From sequence record DRR378314_1390: a DNA stretch of 38,161 bases, one strand, 5' to 3'. The translations under genes were made by a program, and so were the position numbers. Positions 1 to 10,100 of this stretch are shown here, piece after piece (positions within the stretch are counted from its first letter, which is position 1; every line of letters begins with the position of its first letter). Below the pieces are notes generated by a model that saw only the letters and a program-made list of their open reading frames with translations, searched no databases and was not told the DNA's origin.

Positions 1-44
1 TCCGCCATCCATGGCTCCGTACAGTTTTGGAAAGACCTCCCCAC
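1..44. repeat. Truncated intergenic palindromic repeat element (right part), sharing the GCCATCCATGGCT core with the element at 20693-20810
   Basis: 13-bp GCCATCCATGGCT at 4-16 is identical to 20759-20771. It lies upstream of a CDS and its left arm is cut by the window edge. Confidence 0.55.
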
Positions 45-87
45 AGGTGCCCCGAGCCTTTGGGTCAACGCCATACAGGTATATGTA

Positions 88-624
88 ATGTCGAATGTAC
101 GAACACACAAGGGTAACACGCCACAATTTGGAGAACGCGCCTGGATTGATCCCAGTGCGGTGGTCATCGGGGATGTCCAGACCGGGGATGACGTTTCGAT
201 CTGGCCAATGACGGTCGTGCGGGGAGACATGCATAAGATCCGCATCGGCGACCGCTGCAGCATCCAGGACGGATCGGTACTGCACATCACCCACGCCAGT
301 GATTATAACCCAGGCGGCTATCCGCTTCTGATCGGTGATGATGTCACCGTTGGACACAAGGCACTGCTGCATGGCTGCACCGTGGGCAGCCGGGTGCTGG
401 TAGGTATGGGCTGTATCATCATGGACGGTGCCGTCGTGGAAGACGAGGTGATTGTCGCCGCCGGGTGTCTGGTGCCGCCGGGTAAGACGCTGCAGTCGGG
501 GTATCTCTACGTCGGATCTCCCTGCCGTCAGGCGCGGGCGTTGTCGGATAAGGAAAAGACCTTTTTCAAGTATACGGCGGCCAATTACGTCAAACTCAAG
601 GACGAGTACTTGAAAGAGGTTTAA
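88..624 (+). CDS. yrdA: Gamma carbonic anhydrase family protein (YrdA-like, hexapeptide repeat)
   Basis: Motifs AWIDPSAVVIGDV, VVRGD, IQDGSVLH and VTVGHKALLHGC with metal-binding His residues. Confidence 0.9.
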   Translation: MSNVRTHKGNTPQFGERAWIDPSAVVIGDVQTGDDVSIWPMTVVRGDMHKIRIGDRCSIQDGSVLHITHASDYNPGGYPLLIGDDVTVGHKALLHGCTVGSRVLVGMGCIIMDGAVVEDEVIVAAGCLVPPGKTLQSGYLYVGSPCRQARALSDKEKTFFKYTAANYVKLKDEYLKEV

Positions 625-729
625 TCCCGCGCCCTGATCCGAAGCCGAAGGCAACACCGTATCTACCGGAAATGACCCCACTTCCCAGGGAGTGGTGGAC
701 ATTGGTGACTTCTCAAAAGAGATCTGTGA

Positions 730-2346
730 TTGAAGCGACTCCTGTTCACGACGATTCTGCTTAACGGCCTTTTCCTGGCGCTGCTGCTGCCATTTTATCC
801 TTGGATGCCCTGGATTGCGGCCGATGCTGTTTTTTTGTGCGGGCTGTTCGCATTACTGCCTGATAGCGCTGGAAAACGTCTCTGTGCGGCGGTTGTCGGC
901 GGGCTTTATGGCGTGCTGGCATTCTTTGCGCTGAGCGACCTTCTGGTCCGCGAAAGCCTTGGCCGGCCGTTCAATCTCTACCTCGAACTCGGTGTTGCTG
1001 GCGCGGTGTTCGATCTGATGCAGGGCAATCTGGGAACGGGACTCTCGCTGACGCTGATTGCGCTGACCCTGGCCACGTTCGTGGGGCTGACAGTCTGTGT
1101 TGGTCGGTTATTGCTCAGTGTGGGTTCCAGTGCGCCCCGCCCCGCGGCAACGGCTCTCGCCACCCTGGGCGTGGTCACCTTGGGCGCCTCCCTCATGTCG
1201 CAGCCGTTCGTGGGTCTGAGCGCCGCCCGCACTGCAGCCCAGCAGGTTGAGTTGGCCGTTGATACCCACCAGTCAACCGCTTCATTCCGGCAACATCTGG
1301 AGGACAATCCGGCCACTGGCCAGTCCACACCACTGGCACAGTTGGGGGAAACAGATGTCATCCTGGGCTTTATTGAATCCTACGGTATTTCCTCAGTCAC
1401 TGACCCTCGGTACAGCCCAGTGATCCAGCCTCGCCTGGCACAAATGGAACGAGCTCTGGCTGACGCCGGCCTTCATATCGTCACGGGTCGCCTGCGTTCC
1501 CCGGTCCAGGGTGGCCAGTCCTGGCTGGCCCATACCACGCTGCTCAGTGGCCAATGGATCGACACCCAGCTTGACTACGACATTTTTCTCGCCAGTGACT
1601 ACCCCACGCTGATTGATGATCTGGGTGCGACCGGTCACGACACCGTCGCCGTCATGCCCGCCATTACCAGAGAGTGGCCAGAAGGGCGTGCGTTTGGCTA
1701 CAACCGCATATACCACGCCACCACCATGAACTACCGGGGGCCGGCACTGAACTGGGTCACCATGCCGGACCAGTACACCTGGTCGTGGTTTCAACGCCAG
1801 GTACGGGACCGAACCGAGAAACCGGTCTTCGCGGAAGTGGCGTTGATCAGCAGCCACGCGCCCTGGGTACCGATACTGCCGGTGCTGGGGGACTGGGACA
1901 CCATTGGTAACGGAGAAACCTTTAACCGCTGGAAGGGGGCCGGTGAAGCACCCGCAAGCCTGTGGCGGGACCCCGAGCGGGTGCGTGAGCACTACGCACG
2001 CTCGGTGGATTACGCACTGAACGTGGCCACCGAATACGCCAAACGTCATGTGGATGACAAGACGTTGCTAGTGCTGACGGGCGACCATCAGGCAGCTCCG
2101 TTGATAACCGGCAATGACGCCAGCCGGGACGTCATCGTTCATGTCATCAGCGCCGACCCCGGCATGTTGGCGCCGTTTGTAAACAACAGTGATCAGGATG
2201 GCCTGCGCGGTTTTCGCTGGGGCGCGCAACCGCGACTAGACCAGGAGGGGCCCGCCATGGCCCGCTTCAGGCCCTTCCTTCACCAGCAGTTCAGCGCTCC
2301 TATTATGCCGGTGAAAATGTCAGCCACCGACCCTATTGGAGAATGA
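730..2346 (+). CDS. Membrane-anchored alkaline phosphatase/sulfatase superfamily protein
   Basis: About 4 N-terminal hydrophobic segments, then ESYG, GGQSWLAH, SSHAPW and GDHQ motifs. TTG start is uncertain. Confidence 0.7.
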   Translation: MKRLLFTTILLNGLFLALLLPFYPWMPWIAADAVFLCGLFALLPDSAGKRLCAAVVGGLYGVLAFFALSDLLVRESLGRPFNLYLELGVAGAVFDLMQGNLGTGLSLTLIALTLATFVGLTVCVGRLLLSVGSSAPRPAATALATLGVVTLGASLMSQPFVGLSAARTAAQQVELAVDTHQSTASFRQHLEDNPATGQSTPLAQLGETDVILGFIESYGISSVTDPRYSPVIQPRLAQMERALADAGLHIVTGRLRSPVQGGQSWLAHTTLLSGQWIDTQLDYDIFLASDYPTLIDDLGATGHDTVAVMPAITREWPEGRAFGYNRIYHATTMNYRGPALNWVTMPDQYTWSWFQRQVRDRTEKPVFAEVALISSHAPWVPILPVLGDWDTIGNGETFNRWKGAGEAPASLWRDPERVREHYARSVDYALNVATEYAKRHVDDKTLLVLTGDHQAAPLITGNDASRDVIVHVISADPGMLAPFVNNSDQDGLRGFRWGAQPRLDQEGPAMARFRPFLHQQFSAPIMPVKMSATDPIGE

Positions 2347-2362
2347 CCGGCTGAGCCTGGAA

Positions 2363-2680
2363 TCAGTTCCCGGCCTCTGCCGTTGTATTTGCGCCCGCTT
2401 TGCGAAGTGTCTCTGCGTATGCGGTGCTACGACGGTGCTTCGACACCAGATCCAGGATGGTCTCACCGTTTTCATCAACCGCATTGAGATCCCGCCCCGC
2501 TTCCACGAAGAAACCGACAAAACGGTCAAAGTCTTCGGCAATCATGGCCTGGTAGGCCTTAATCAGAGCATTGAAGTCGGCATTGATACGGCTGTCGTAG
2601 GGCGTGATGGCCAGGAAGCTCTTTACCCGCTCATCACTCCATTCCTCACCAATCACTTTCGGTTTGTCAGGTCCACTCAT
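2363..2680 (-). CDS. PA4642-family small protein (ankyrin-like C-terminal segment)
   Basis: DKPKVIGEEWSDERVKSFL...DF.RFV.FF..AGRDLNA.D..G.T pattern, with an SD-like GAGAG upstream. Confidence 0.75.
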   Translation of the reverse strand: MSGPDKPKVIGEEWSDERVKSFLAITPYDSRINADFNALIKAYQAMIAEDFDRFVGFFVEAGRDLNAVDENGETILDLVSKHRRSTAYAETLRKAGANTTAEAGN

Positions 2681-2818
2681 AATCTCTCTCTGGCCTTCTT
2701 GTTACGGCAAATTGTTACGACAAATACGTTCGTATCGGGCTGCACAGTATAAAGATCTAAAAGCGTCGAGGTTATATAAATTGACTATGAGGAGCTTCCT
2801 GGCAGGCATATGCCGGTT

Positions 2819-3652
2819 TCACGGGTTAATTTCCACCGGTAACTGGTCCGTCTCCACGCTGTCATCGCATTGCGGGTTGCGAATGGCGATCTCCACCCTT
2901 CGGTTCCTGGCCCTGTTTTCCGGGCTGTCGTTAGGCGCCAGCGGGTTGGTTTCTGCCCTGCCTGCCGCGACAACCCGCTCCGCTGGCACCTGACGATTCA
3001 ACACCAGTTCGTGAACTACCGACACGGCACGCGCAGCGGACAGGTCCCAGTTGGAGCGATAGCGGCCGCTGGCTATCGGGCGGTCGTCCGTGTAACCCGC
3101 CACCAGTACATCGCCGGTGCAAGCCGACAACACCTCTACCACCCGCTCAATAATCGGAACCATTCCGGGCTTGATCTCCGCTTCCCCGGAGCGAAAGGTG
3201 GCTTCTTCCGAGAACCGAATGACCACCCGGCTTTCATCGTAGTTGACGCTCAGCGCCTCAGACGCCACCTCGGGCTCCAGCTCTTCAATCAGGCGGCTGG
3301 CCAGCTCAATCACACCCGCCGAGATTTTGGTCGGGGCATCCGCATCCGCACGCTCGTCGATGAATTCCGGCTCATCGGTCACCGTATCCATTGGTTCGGG
3401 CAGGGAGACCGTGTCCGATTCAATCAGGGTCAGGGGCGAACCGCCCACATCCTCGCCGATCACCTGGTCGCTGCCCAAGGCAACCGCCATGGAATTGGCC
3501 ATGGCCCGGTACTTTTCAATGTCCATTTCCGCGAAGGACAGCAGCAGGATAAAGAATGTCAGCAGCAGGGTGGCCAGATCGGCAAAGGTGACGATCCAGG
3601 CGGGGGAACCCCGGCCATGCTTCTTCTTTTTGGCGGGCTGGCGCACCAACAA
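2819..3652 (-). CDS. motB: Flagellar stator B subunit (MotB/PomB-like) with OmpA-like peptidoglycan-binding domain
   Basis: TM segment WIVTFADLATLLLTFF with the conserved Asp. C-terminal GYTDD...NWDLSAARA...NRRVEI. Confidence 0.88.
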   Translation of the reverse strand: MLVRQPAKKKKHGRGSPAWIVTFADLATLLLTFFILLLSFAEMDIEKYRAMANSMAVALGSDQVIGEDVGGSPLTLIESDTVSLPEPMDTVTDEPEFIDERADADAPTKISAGVIELASRLIEELEPEVASEALSVNYDESRVVIRFSEEATFRSGEAEIKPGMVPIIERVVEVLSACTGDVLVAGYTDDRPIASGRYRSNWDLSAARAVSVVHELVLNRQVPAERVVAAGRAETNPLAPNDSPENRARNRRVEIAIRNPQCDDSVETDQLPVEINP

Positions 3653-3655
3653 AAC

Positions 3656-4429
3656 CTACGCCTCCCGCTCCGGTGCAAGACCGTTGCGCTGCTCCGGCGT
3701 TACGAAGGACGATAGCAGTTCGGTCATTACCCGCGGATTCTCGCCGCGCATGATGTTGCGCATGGACGTGGTGATCAGTATCTGGTTGCGTGCTTCGTCT
3801 TCGGCTTTCAACTGCAGCTTGTCAGCCAGTGGCAGGGCAATGAGCTGGGCAATGAAGGCACCGTAGAGTGTTGTCAGCAGGGCGATGGCCATCGCAGGGC
3901 CAATGGAGGAGGGGTCATCAAGGGTGTTGAGCATCTGCACCAGGCCGACCAGCGTGCCCAGCATGCCGATGGCCGGGGCGGATTCACCGATACCTCGAAA
4001 CACCCGTTCCGAGACTTCGTAGCGCTCGGCCGTCTGCTGGGTTTCCTGGGCCAGCGCTTCTTCAACCAGCTCCGGCGGATGGCCATCCACGCACAGATTG
4101 ATGGCCTTTTGCAGGAACTGGTTCCTGGTAGTGTGGTTTTCCAGCCCCAGAATGCCTTCCTTGCGGACCACCAGCGCCAACGCGCCCACCTCCCGGATCA
4201 ATTCCGCCGGCCGCTCAACGCGATCTTTAAACGCCGCTGCAAACGCGAGCCGAAAGGCACTCATCACCGACGGCAGACGAAACTTGATCAGGGTGACGGC
4301 AAAGGTGCCACCCAGCACAATCGCCAGCCCCGGAAGGTTAAAAAAGGTAAGTATCGACGCATTGGCCAGCATGGCGAGCACAACAATCAGTACGCCTGCC
4401 ACCAGCCCGACAAGGGTAAGAATATCCAT
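3656..4429 (-). CDS. motA: Flagellar stator A subunit (MotA/PomA-like)
   Basis: APAIGMLGTLVGLVQML, IGPAMAIALLTTLYG and GENPR motifs. Lies directly upstream of motB. Confidence 0.88.
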   Translation of the reverse strand: MDILTLVGLVAGVLIVVLAMLANASILTFFNLPGLAIVLGGTFAVTLIKFRLPSVMSAFRLAFAAAFKDRVERPAELIREVGALALVVRKEGILGLENHTTRNQFLQKAINLCVDGHPPELVEEALAQETQQTAERYEVSERVFRGIGESAPAIGMLGTLVGLVQMLNTLDDPSSIGPAMAIALLTTLYGAFIAQLIALPLADKLQLKAEDEARNQILITTSMRNIMRGENPRVMTELLSSFVTPEQRNGLAPEREA

Positions 4430-4502
4430 CAGAGACCTTTAATCAGCAACCTTCGGGAACTGTGTACACCTGCTGAGCATAGCCCATTCATCCGGGTTGG
4501 GC

Positions 4503-5330
4503 TCAGTCGTTTCGCAATTCGTCTATCACCGGCCCGGTGTCCGGGGCTTTTCCACGCCATATACGGAATGATTCCGCCGCCTGCTCCACCAGCATGCCCA
4601 GGCCGTCAAACACCCGTGTGGCCCCATGGTCCAGTGCCCACTGATTGAATGTGGTGGTCTGCAGAGAATACATCATGTCGTAAATCACCGTGTCGGCGCC
4701 GATCACATTCGCCGAGACCGGTGGCAAATCACCCTGCAGGCTGGCGCTGGTGCCATTGATAATAATGTCGAAAGCTGCCGATGGCTCTTCGAATCCACAG
4801 GCCTCAAGGTGGGTCTCGCCAGCCACCGGTTCAAAGAACGTCACCAGCCCTTCGGCTTTCGCCACGGTACGGTTGGCAATGGTCAGCGCGGCTGGCTTTT
4901 CAGCCAATATCGGCCCAATAACGCCACGAACAGCCCCGCCAGCCCCCAACACCAGGAGACGCTTTCCCGCCAGGCTCACACCATGATTGGCCGACAAATC
5001 GGCAACCAGGCCCTTGCCATCCGTGTTGTCTGCAGTAAGTAAGCCTTTACTGTCTATGTAAAGGGTGTTCGCCGCGCCCGCCCGTTCGGCGCGCGCGGTA
5101 CGCACATCCGCCAGCGTCCAGGCTTGCTCTTTGAACGGCACAGTGACGTTCAGGCCCTTGCCACCGCGCTCGAAAAAGCCTTTCACGGTGCCCGCAAAAT
5201 CGTCTTCCGGTGCCTGTATGGCGGTGTATTCCAGCTGTTCGCCGGTCTGGCGGGCAAACAGGCTGTGAATGCGTGGGGATTTGCTGTGGCTGATGGGGTT
5301 ACCCACGACGGCGTAAAGATCATTATGCAT
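4503..5330 (-). CDS. aroE: Shikimate dehydrogenase
   Basis: [26 protein letters not shown] and [10 protein letters not shown] motifs. ATG at 5330 chosen for its GGAGAG SD. Confidence 0.95.
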   Translation of the reverse strand: MHNDLYAVVGNPISHSKSPRIHSLFARQTGEQLEYTAIQAPEDDFAGTVKGFFERGGKGLNVTVPFKEQAWTLADVRTARAERAGAANTLYIDSKGLLTADNTDGKGLVADLSANHGVSLAGKRLLVLGAGGAVRGVIGPILAEKPAALTIANRTVAKAEGLVTFFEPVAGETHLEACGFEEPSAAFDIIINGTSASLQGDLPPVSANVIGADTVIYDMMYSLQTTTFNQWALDHGATRVFDGLGMLVEQAAESFRIWRGKAPDTGPVIDELRND

Positions 5331-6249
5331 CGGCACTCTCCAGCCAGTCCCGTCCAGTGAGAAAGTAGTTTGTCAGCCGCGCCTCTTCTGAGCCTGGCTC
5401 CGGTACAAAGGCGTATTCCCAGCGCACCAGGGGCGGCAACGACATCAAAATGGATTCGGTGCGGCCACCGGACTGCAGGCCAAACAGGGTGCCCCGGTCG
5501 TACACCAGGTTGAACTCCACGTAGCGGCCACGACGATACAGCTGAAACTCACGCTCGCGCTCGCCCCAGGGCATATTCTTGCGCCGCTGAAGGATAGGCT
5601 CATAGGCGTCAATAAAGCTGTCACCCACGGACTGCATCAATGCAAAATCCCGGCCGAAGTCACCAGTGTTGTGATCGTCGAAAAACAACCCTCCCACACC
5701 TCGGGGTTCGTCCCGGTGCTTGAGGTAAAAATAGTTGTCACACCAACGCTTGTACTCGCGATACAGCTGGTCGCCGAAAGGGTCACAGGCCGCTTTCGCG
5801 ATCCGATGCCAATGAACGCAATCCTCGTCGAAGCCGTAATAGGGGGTGAGATCGTAGCCACCGCCAAACCAATAGACCGGCTCGGCATTCTCAGGGGTCG
5901 CAACGAAAAAACGCACGTTGGCATGGGACGTGGGAACATAGGGGTTCAGGGGGTGCATCACCAGCGACACGCCCATGGCTTGCCAGGGCGCACCCACCAG
6001 GTGAGGCCGGTGCGCGGTGGCTGATGCGGGCATGGTCTCGCCCATCACGTGGGAGAAGTTCACACCCCCTTTTTCGAACACGGCACCATCCGTGAACACC
6101 CGGCTGATACCGCCGCCGCCTTCGGGCCGGTCCCAGGCATCGGTATCAAATTCGCCCTTGCCATCAACCGCTGCCAGGCGGTCGCAGATCGCCTCCTGCA
6201 GGCCAAGCAGGTACTGTTTCACGGCGTTGGTGTCGAGGTGTTGAGACAT
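5323..6249 (-). CDS. hemF: Oxygen-dependent coproporphyrinogen III oxidase
   Basis: [21 protein letters not shown] and [35 protein letters not shown] motifs. Start at ATG 6249 after a GGAG SD. Confidence 0.96.
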   Translation of the reverse strand: MSQHLDTNAVKQYLLGLQEAICDRLAAVDGKGEFDTDAWDRPEGGGGISRVFTDGAVFEKGGVNFSHVMGETMPASATAHRPHLVGAPWQAMGVSLVMHPLNPYVPTSHANVRFFVATPENAEPVYWFGGGYDLTPYYGFDEDCVHWHRIAKAACDPFGDQLYREYKRWCDNYFYLKHRDEPRGVGGLFFDDHNTGDFGRDFALMQSVGDSFIDAYEPILQRRKNMPWGEREREFQLYRRGRYVEFNLVYDRGTLFGLQSGGRTESILMSLPPLVRWEYAFVPEPGSEEARLTNYFLTGRDWLESADA

Positions 6250-6257
6250 GGGAACTC

Positions 6258-6833
6258 CTAGCGCAGTTGCTTTCCGCTGACGATGTCGATAATGCGGCTG
6301 GGTTGACGATTGCCACCCAACTCGCCTGGTACCAGCCAATCCAGTTGTCCCTCAAAGTAGCGGCGTACCTGCCAGGAGGCGCGAGCAGGTTGTCGCCCGG
6401 CAGGATTACAGGAGGTGGAAACCAACGGCAAGCCCGTCGTCTCGCACAGGGCGCGCACGACCGGGTGGTCACTGACCCTGACGGCGATGGAACTATGACG
6501 GCCCCGAACCTGCCGTGGGATTTGCTCATGCACGTCCGGCAGAAGACAGGTAACCGGTCCGGGCCAATGACTCGTTGCCTCGCGCTGCTGCCGCTTTGGC
6601 AACGGGTCGAGCAGAAACCGTACCTGATCGACAGACGCCGCCACAAGGATCAGTCCCTTTTCCACCGGACGCTGCTTGAGCGCCAGAATCCGTTCAACGG
6701 CTTCGCGATCCCAGGGATCACAACCCAGCCCCCACACGGCTTCCGTGGGGTAGGCAAGAACACCGCCACCAAGGATGGTTCGGCGAGCACAATGCAGATG
6801 CCAGTCGGAGAGGGGTTGCTGTGGTGATTTCAT
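6258..6833 (-). CDS. tsaC: L-threonylcarbamoyladenylate synthase (YrdC/TsaC)
   Basis: [25 protein letters not shown] and PLVSTSCN motifs in the conserved dprA-tsaC-hemF-aroE order. Confidence 0.93.
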   Translation of the reverse strand: MKSPQQPLSDWHLHCARRTILGGGVLAYPTEAVWGLGCDPWDREAVERILALKQRPVEKGLILVAASVDQVRFLLDPLPKRQQREATSHWPGPVTCLLPDVHEQIPRQVRGRHSSIAVRVSDHPVVRALCETTGLPLVSTSCNPAGRQPARASWQVRRYFEGQLDWLVPGELGGNRQPSRIIDIVSGKQLR

Positions 6834-6859
6834 CGAGCCTTCACATCATATAGCGAGGT

Positions 6860-8026
6860 TCAGGCAATCCGTTGAAACCCTCCTGGTGCAGAATCCACTA
6901 GCCCCTGTAGTTCCAGGAGAAGTAACGACTGCATCAACTGGTCGGCAGGAAGGCCGGTCACTGAACACAAATCATCGGTTGACTGCGGATCATACCCTAA
7001 AGCCTCCAGCACCGCGATTTCCCGGGTGTCCAGGCCATCGACAACCGGTGGTCTGGCAGGCGCCGCAGACGCGAGCTCCGGGGTATGACCGGTCCACCAA
7101 CCGCCCAGTTCCTCGCAGATGTCATCCACCGTTTCCACCAGCTTCGCGCCCTGGCGTATCAGGTGATGACAGCCACGGGCCAGAGGATTGTGGACGGAGC
7201 CAGGGATGGCAAACACCTCCCGCCCCTGTTCGAGTGCCAGCCGGGCGGTGATCAGGGAGCCGCTCTTGAGTCCCGCCTCTACCACCAGGATGCCACGGCT
7301 GAGGCCACTGATAATCCGGTTTCTGCGGGGGAAATGACCCGCCTTGGCGGACGTGCCCGGCGGGTATTCGGATACGATTACCCCCTCACCGGCGATGCGG
7401 TCGCTGAGGGTACGATGGCGATAGGGGTAGGGTTTATCCACACCATTGCCAATCACCGCGACGGTCGGGAAACCGGCATCCAGGGCGCCGGCATGAGCGG
7501 CGCCGTCCACCCCGAGAGCCAGCCCACTGGTCACCAGCAGCCCTTGCCTGCCCAGCGCCGCGGCAAAGGAACGGGCATGCTCCAATCCGGCCCGGGTGGC
7601 GTTGCGGCTACCCACAATACCGATTTGCTCCCGCGCCAGAAGGGCGCGATCGCCACGTACGTAAAGGACCAATGGCGCGTCGTGAATGTGTTTCAGAGGC
7701 TCAGGATAATCGGCGTCGGCCACCGTCAAGACCCCTGTGCCGGTCTTCAGGCAGTTCCGATATATGGTGTCGGCACCGGCGACCACTGGGTGAACGCTAT
7801 CCTGGCGACGCCAGGCGTCGAGGGCTTCAACCGTTTCCGCGGCCAGTCCCAGTGCTTTCAGGGTAGCCGCACCGTGGCTCGGGAGCTGCCGGAAATCCGG
7901 AAGCTGTTCGCGGATGGCCTGCTGACGACGGGCTCCGAATTTCGGCAGACAGGACAGGAATATCCAGAAGCCGTGTTCCGACTGGAACAGATCTGGGACA
8001 GACAGGGTGTCGGTAGTGAGGGGCAT
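6860..8026 (-). CDS. dprA: DNA-processing protein DprA (Smf)
   Basis: IVGSRNAT, SGLALGVDGAAH, FPRRNRIISGLS and SGSLITA motifs, with a C-terminal winged helix LLLLELQGLV. Confidence 0.95.
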   Translation of the reverse strand: MPLTTDTLSVPDLFQSEHGFWIFLSCLPKFGARRQQAIREQLPDFRQLPSHGAATLKALGLAAETVEALDAWRRQDSVHPVVAGADTIYRNCLKTGTGVLTVADADYPEPLKHIHDAPLVLYVRGDRALLAREQIGIVGSRNATRAGLEHARSFAAALGRQGLLVTSGLALGVDGAAHAGALDAGFPTVAVIGNGVDKPYPYRHRTLSDRIAGEGVIVSEYPPGTSAKAGHFPRRNRIISGLSRGILVVEAGLKSGSLITARLALEQGREVFAIPGSVHNPLARGCHHLIRQGAKLVETVDDICEELGGWWTGHTPELASAAPARPPVVDGLDTREIAVLEALGYDPQSTDDLCSVTGLPADQLMQSLLLLELQGLVDSAPGGFQRIA

Positions 8027-8100
8027 CGCATCCTTCCGTGGATCAAGGTTGGGTGAAGGGGCTTGCCTTCCTGGCAGGCCGGAGGTGAATTATGCCATAA

Positions 8101-8130
8101 AAAAAGGAGCCGGCGAGGCGGCTCCTTTTT
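8101..8130 (-). terminator. Intrinsic terminator (bidirectional-type) after the LysM gene
   Basis: AAAAA-GGAGCCG-GCGAGG-CGGCTCC-TTTTT. Confidence 0.8.
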
Positions 8131-8157
8131 CAAGGACGTTTCAGCGTCGTCCCTAGC

Positions 8158-9174
8158 TCAGGGATTGGTCACCTTGTCACCGACCGACAATGGGCGGGTG
8201 GCCTGAAGGATAAGGCCATAGCTCATTTTCTCGTAGGTCTGGAACACCATCATCAGCCCCGCACGCTCGGAGGGCAGTTCGATGGTTTCATTGGTGACCG
8301 GGTCACGCACCATATTGCCGCTCTTCAGCACGGCCATGACATTACCGGGCTTCAGGCCTTCACGTTCGCCTCGGTTGATCGCCACCACATCAAACTGTCC
8401 GATCTGGCTGACACCACCGTCGACCGAAATCATCTGGGCCTCGATGTCACTGTCGGGCGAACTGGGAACAAAACTGGTGGTGATGCGACGCTCTTCGCCC
8501 ACCAGAAGACGGTCGCCGATGCGAACTTCCTCGTTGGATTGCTTCAGACGGAGCGTAAGAATATCGTTGTTCTCGGCAATCACCTCACCCCGAGCGATAC
8601 TTCGCGCTTCAAGGCCGAGGAATTCGCCGGTTTCCGGGTCGCGGAATTCCTTGCTGCGGCGGAAAACACCGACGTTGTCCGCCGGCTTTTCGCCACGGGC
8701 ATACAGACGGTCGCCAGCGCCGGTAATAATGCGGCCATCCTCGCCTTCCAGAACGTAGGGCGCTCCGTTGAGCTCCTCAACGTCAACAATGCGAGTGTCG
8801 GTCAGGAAACTGCTGATGGCATCCAGCGGGATGGCGGGAATCGGCGTGTCGATGGGCTCGGAACGTACTTTGGGTGAAAGCTTCACCACCCGGTCACTCG
8901 ACACCTTGGTAACACGCGGCTTACCGTCGATGTAGACCAATGCCAGCTCATCACCCGGATAGATAAGATGCGGGTTTTCAACCTGTGGATTCACGTGCCA
9001 GATTTCCGGCCAGTACCAGGGGTTATTCAGGAAGCGGGCGGAAATATCCCACAGGGTGTCACCCTTCACGACAGTGTAACGCTCGGGATGATCGGACCTC
9101 AGCTCCGGGGCGGCGTGGGCCCAGGAGGTTAGCAGCAGCATGCTTGCTGCCAGAGCGTACAGCAGTTTCCTCAT
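8158..9174 (-). CDS. Exported LysM peptidoglycan-binding protein (TsaP-like)
   Basis: Signal peptide ending AHA, LysM motif YTVVKGDTLWDISARFL..PWYWPEIW..NP, and the conserved position between def and dprA. Confidence 0.88.
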   Translation of the reverse strand: MRKLLYALAASMLLLTSWAHAAPELRSDHPERYTVVKGDTLWDISARFLNNPWYWPEIWHVNPQVENPHLIYPGDELALVYIDGKPRVTKVSSDRVVKLSPKVRSEPIDTPIPAIPLDAISSFLTDTRIVDVEELNGAPYVLEGEDGRIITGAGDRLYARGEKPADNVGVFRRSKEFRDPETGEFLGLEARSIARGEVIAENNDILTLRLKQSNEEVRIGDRLLVGEERRITTSFVPSSPDSDIEAQMISVDGGVSQIGQFDVVAINRGEREGLKPGNVMAVLKSGNMVRDPVTNETIELPSERAGLMMVFQTYEKMSYGLILQATRPLSVGDKVTNP

Positions 9175-9548
9175 TGTTTAAGTCCTTGATCGCGTGCCTT
9201 GAATCGATAGATTCTGTTCTTGGTATGCAGCCGGTACTCTGCCTTTTATACCACTACTATAGAAGATGTCTCGCAAATTGTGATGTTATCTTTTGTTCTT
9301 CCAGTAAATTCTACGCTATGGTCGAAAGCTTTTGACTATCAACTGATCAGTTTGTACTCAATGAGCGAGTTGAGGGATAATAGCACTATAAACGGCTACA
9401 ACCCGTTGAAACCGGCTCTTTCATCCCGATCATAATAGTCACGGGATGAAAAAATGCGCAGTACGCTGTCGCATTTCGGAGACAGTATTCACACCGTTAC
9501 AAAAGATAACGGTGAAAGCCAGATTCAATGACCAAAAGTACGAGCGCC

Positions 9549-10052
9549 ATGATACTAGATATTCTCGAATACCCGGACCCCCGCTTGCGCACCATTGCCA
9601 AGCCAGTGGACGAGGTGACCGACGAGACCCGCAAGCTGATCGACGACATGTTCGAGACCATGTACGATGCGCCCGGCATTGGCCTGGCGGCCACGCAGGT
9701 CAATGTGCACAAGCAGATCATCGTCATGGACCTATCCGATGACAAAAGCGAACCACGGGTCTTTATCAACCCGGAAGTGGATGTGCTTGAAGGCGAGCTC
9801 GAAGACATGCAGGAAGGCTGCCTTTCGGTGCCGGGTTTCTACGAGGACGTCTCCCGTATTGAGCACTGTATGATCCGGGCCATTGGCCGCGACGGCAAAC
9901 CGTTTGAGCTCGAAGCCCGTGGCCTGCTGGCGGTTTGCATCCAGCATGAGATGGACCACCTGAACGGCAAGCTGTTCGTGGACTACCTGAGTTCACTGAA
10001 GCGCACCCGCATCCGCAAGAAGTTGGAAAAGCTTCACAAGAAAAGCGCCTGA
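9549..10052 (+). CDS. def: Peptide deformylase
   Basis: [13 protein letters not shown] and HEMDH motifs. Start taken at [10 protein letters not shown]. Confidence 0.97.
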   Translation: MILDILEYPDPRLRTIAKPVDEVTDETRKLIDDMFETMYDAPGIGLAATQVNVHKQIIVMDLSDDKSEPRVFINPEVDVLEGELEDMQEGCLSVPGFYEDVSRIEHCMIRAIGRDGKPFELEARGLLAVCIQHEMDHLNGKLFVDYLSSLKRTRIRKKLEKLHKKSA

Positions 10053-10076
10053 AGCCGCCAAAACACAGTAAACCGG

Positions 10077-10100
10077 GACCGGGTGGAAACCCGGTCTTTT
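10077..10100 (+). terminator. Terminator-like hairpin between def and fmt
   Basis: GACCGGGT-GGAA-ACCCGGTC followed by TTTT. Confidence 0.6.

Noticed and set aside
2819..4429. MotA/MotB pair as Zorya (ZorA/ZorB) anti-phage system
   Set aside because: The A subunit is 257 aa with no long cytoplasmic tail, no zorC/D/E genes are adjacent, and the motifs are typical of flagellar stators.
9276..9298. CRP/CRP-S site upstream of the LysM-dprA genes
   Set aside because: Only one half-site (TGTGA) is present, with no TCACA or TCGCA at the 6-bp spacing.
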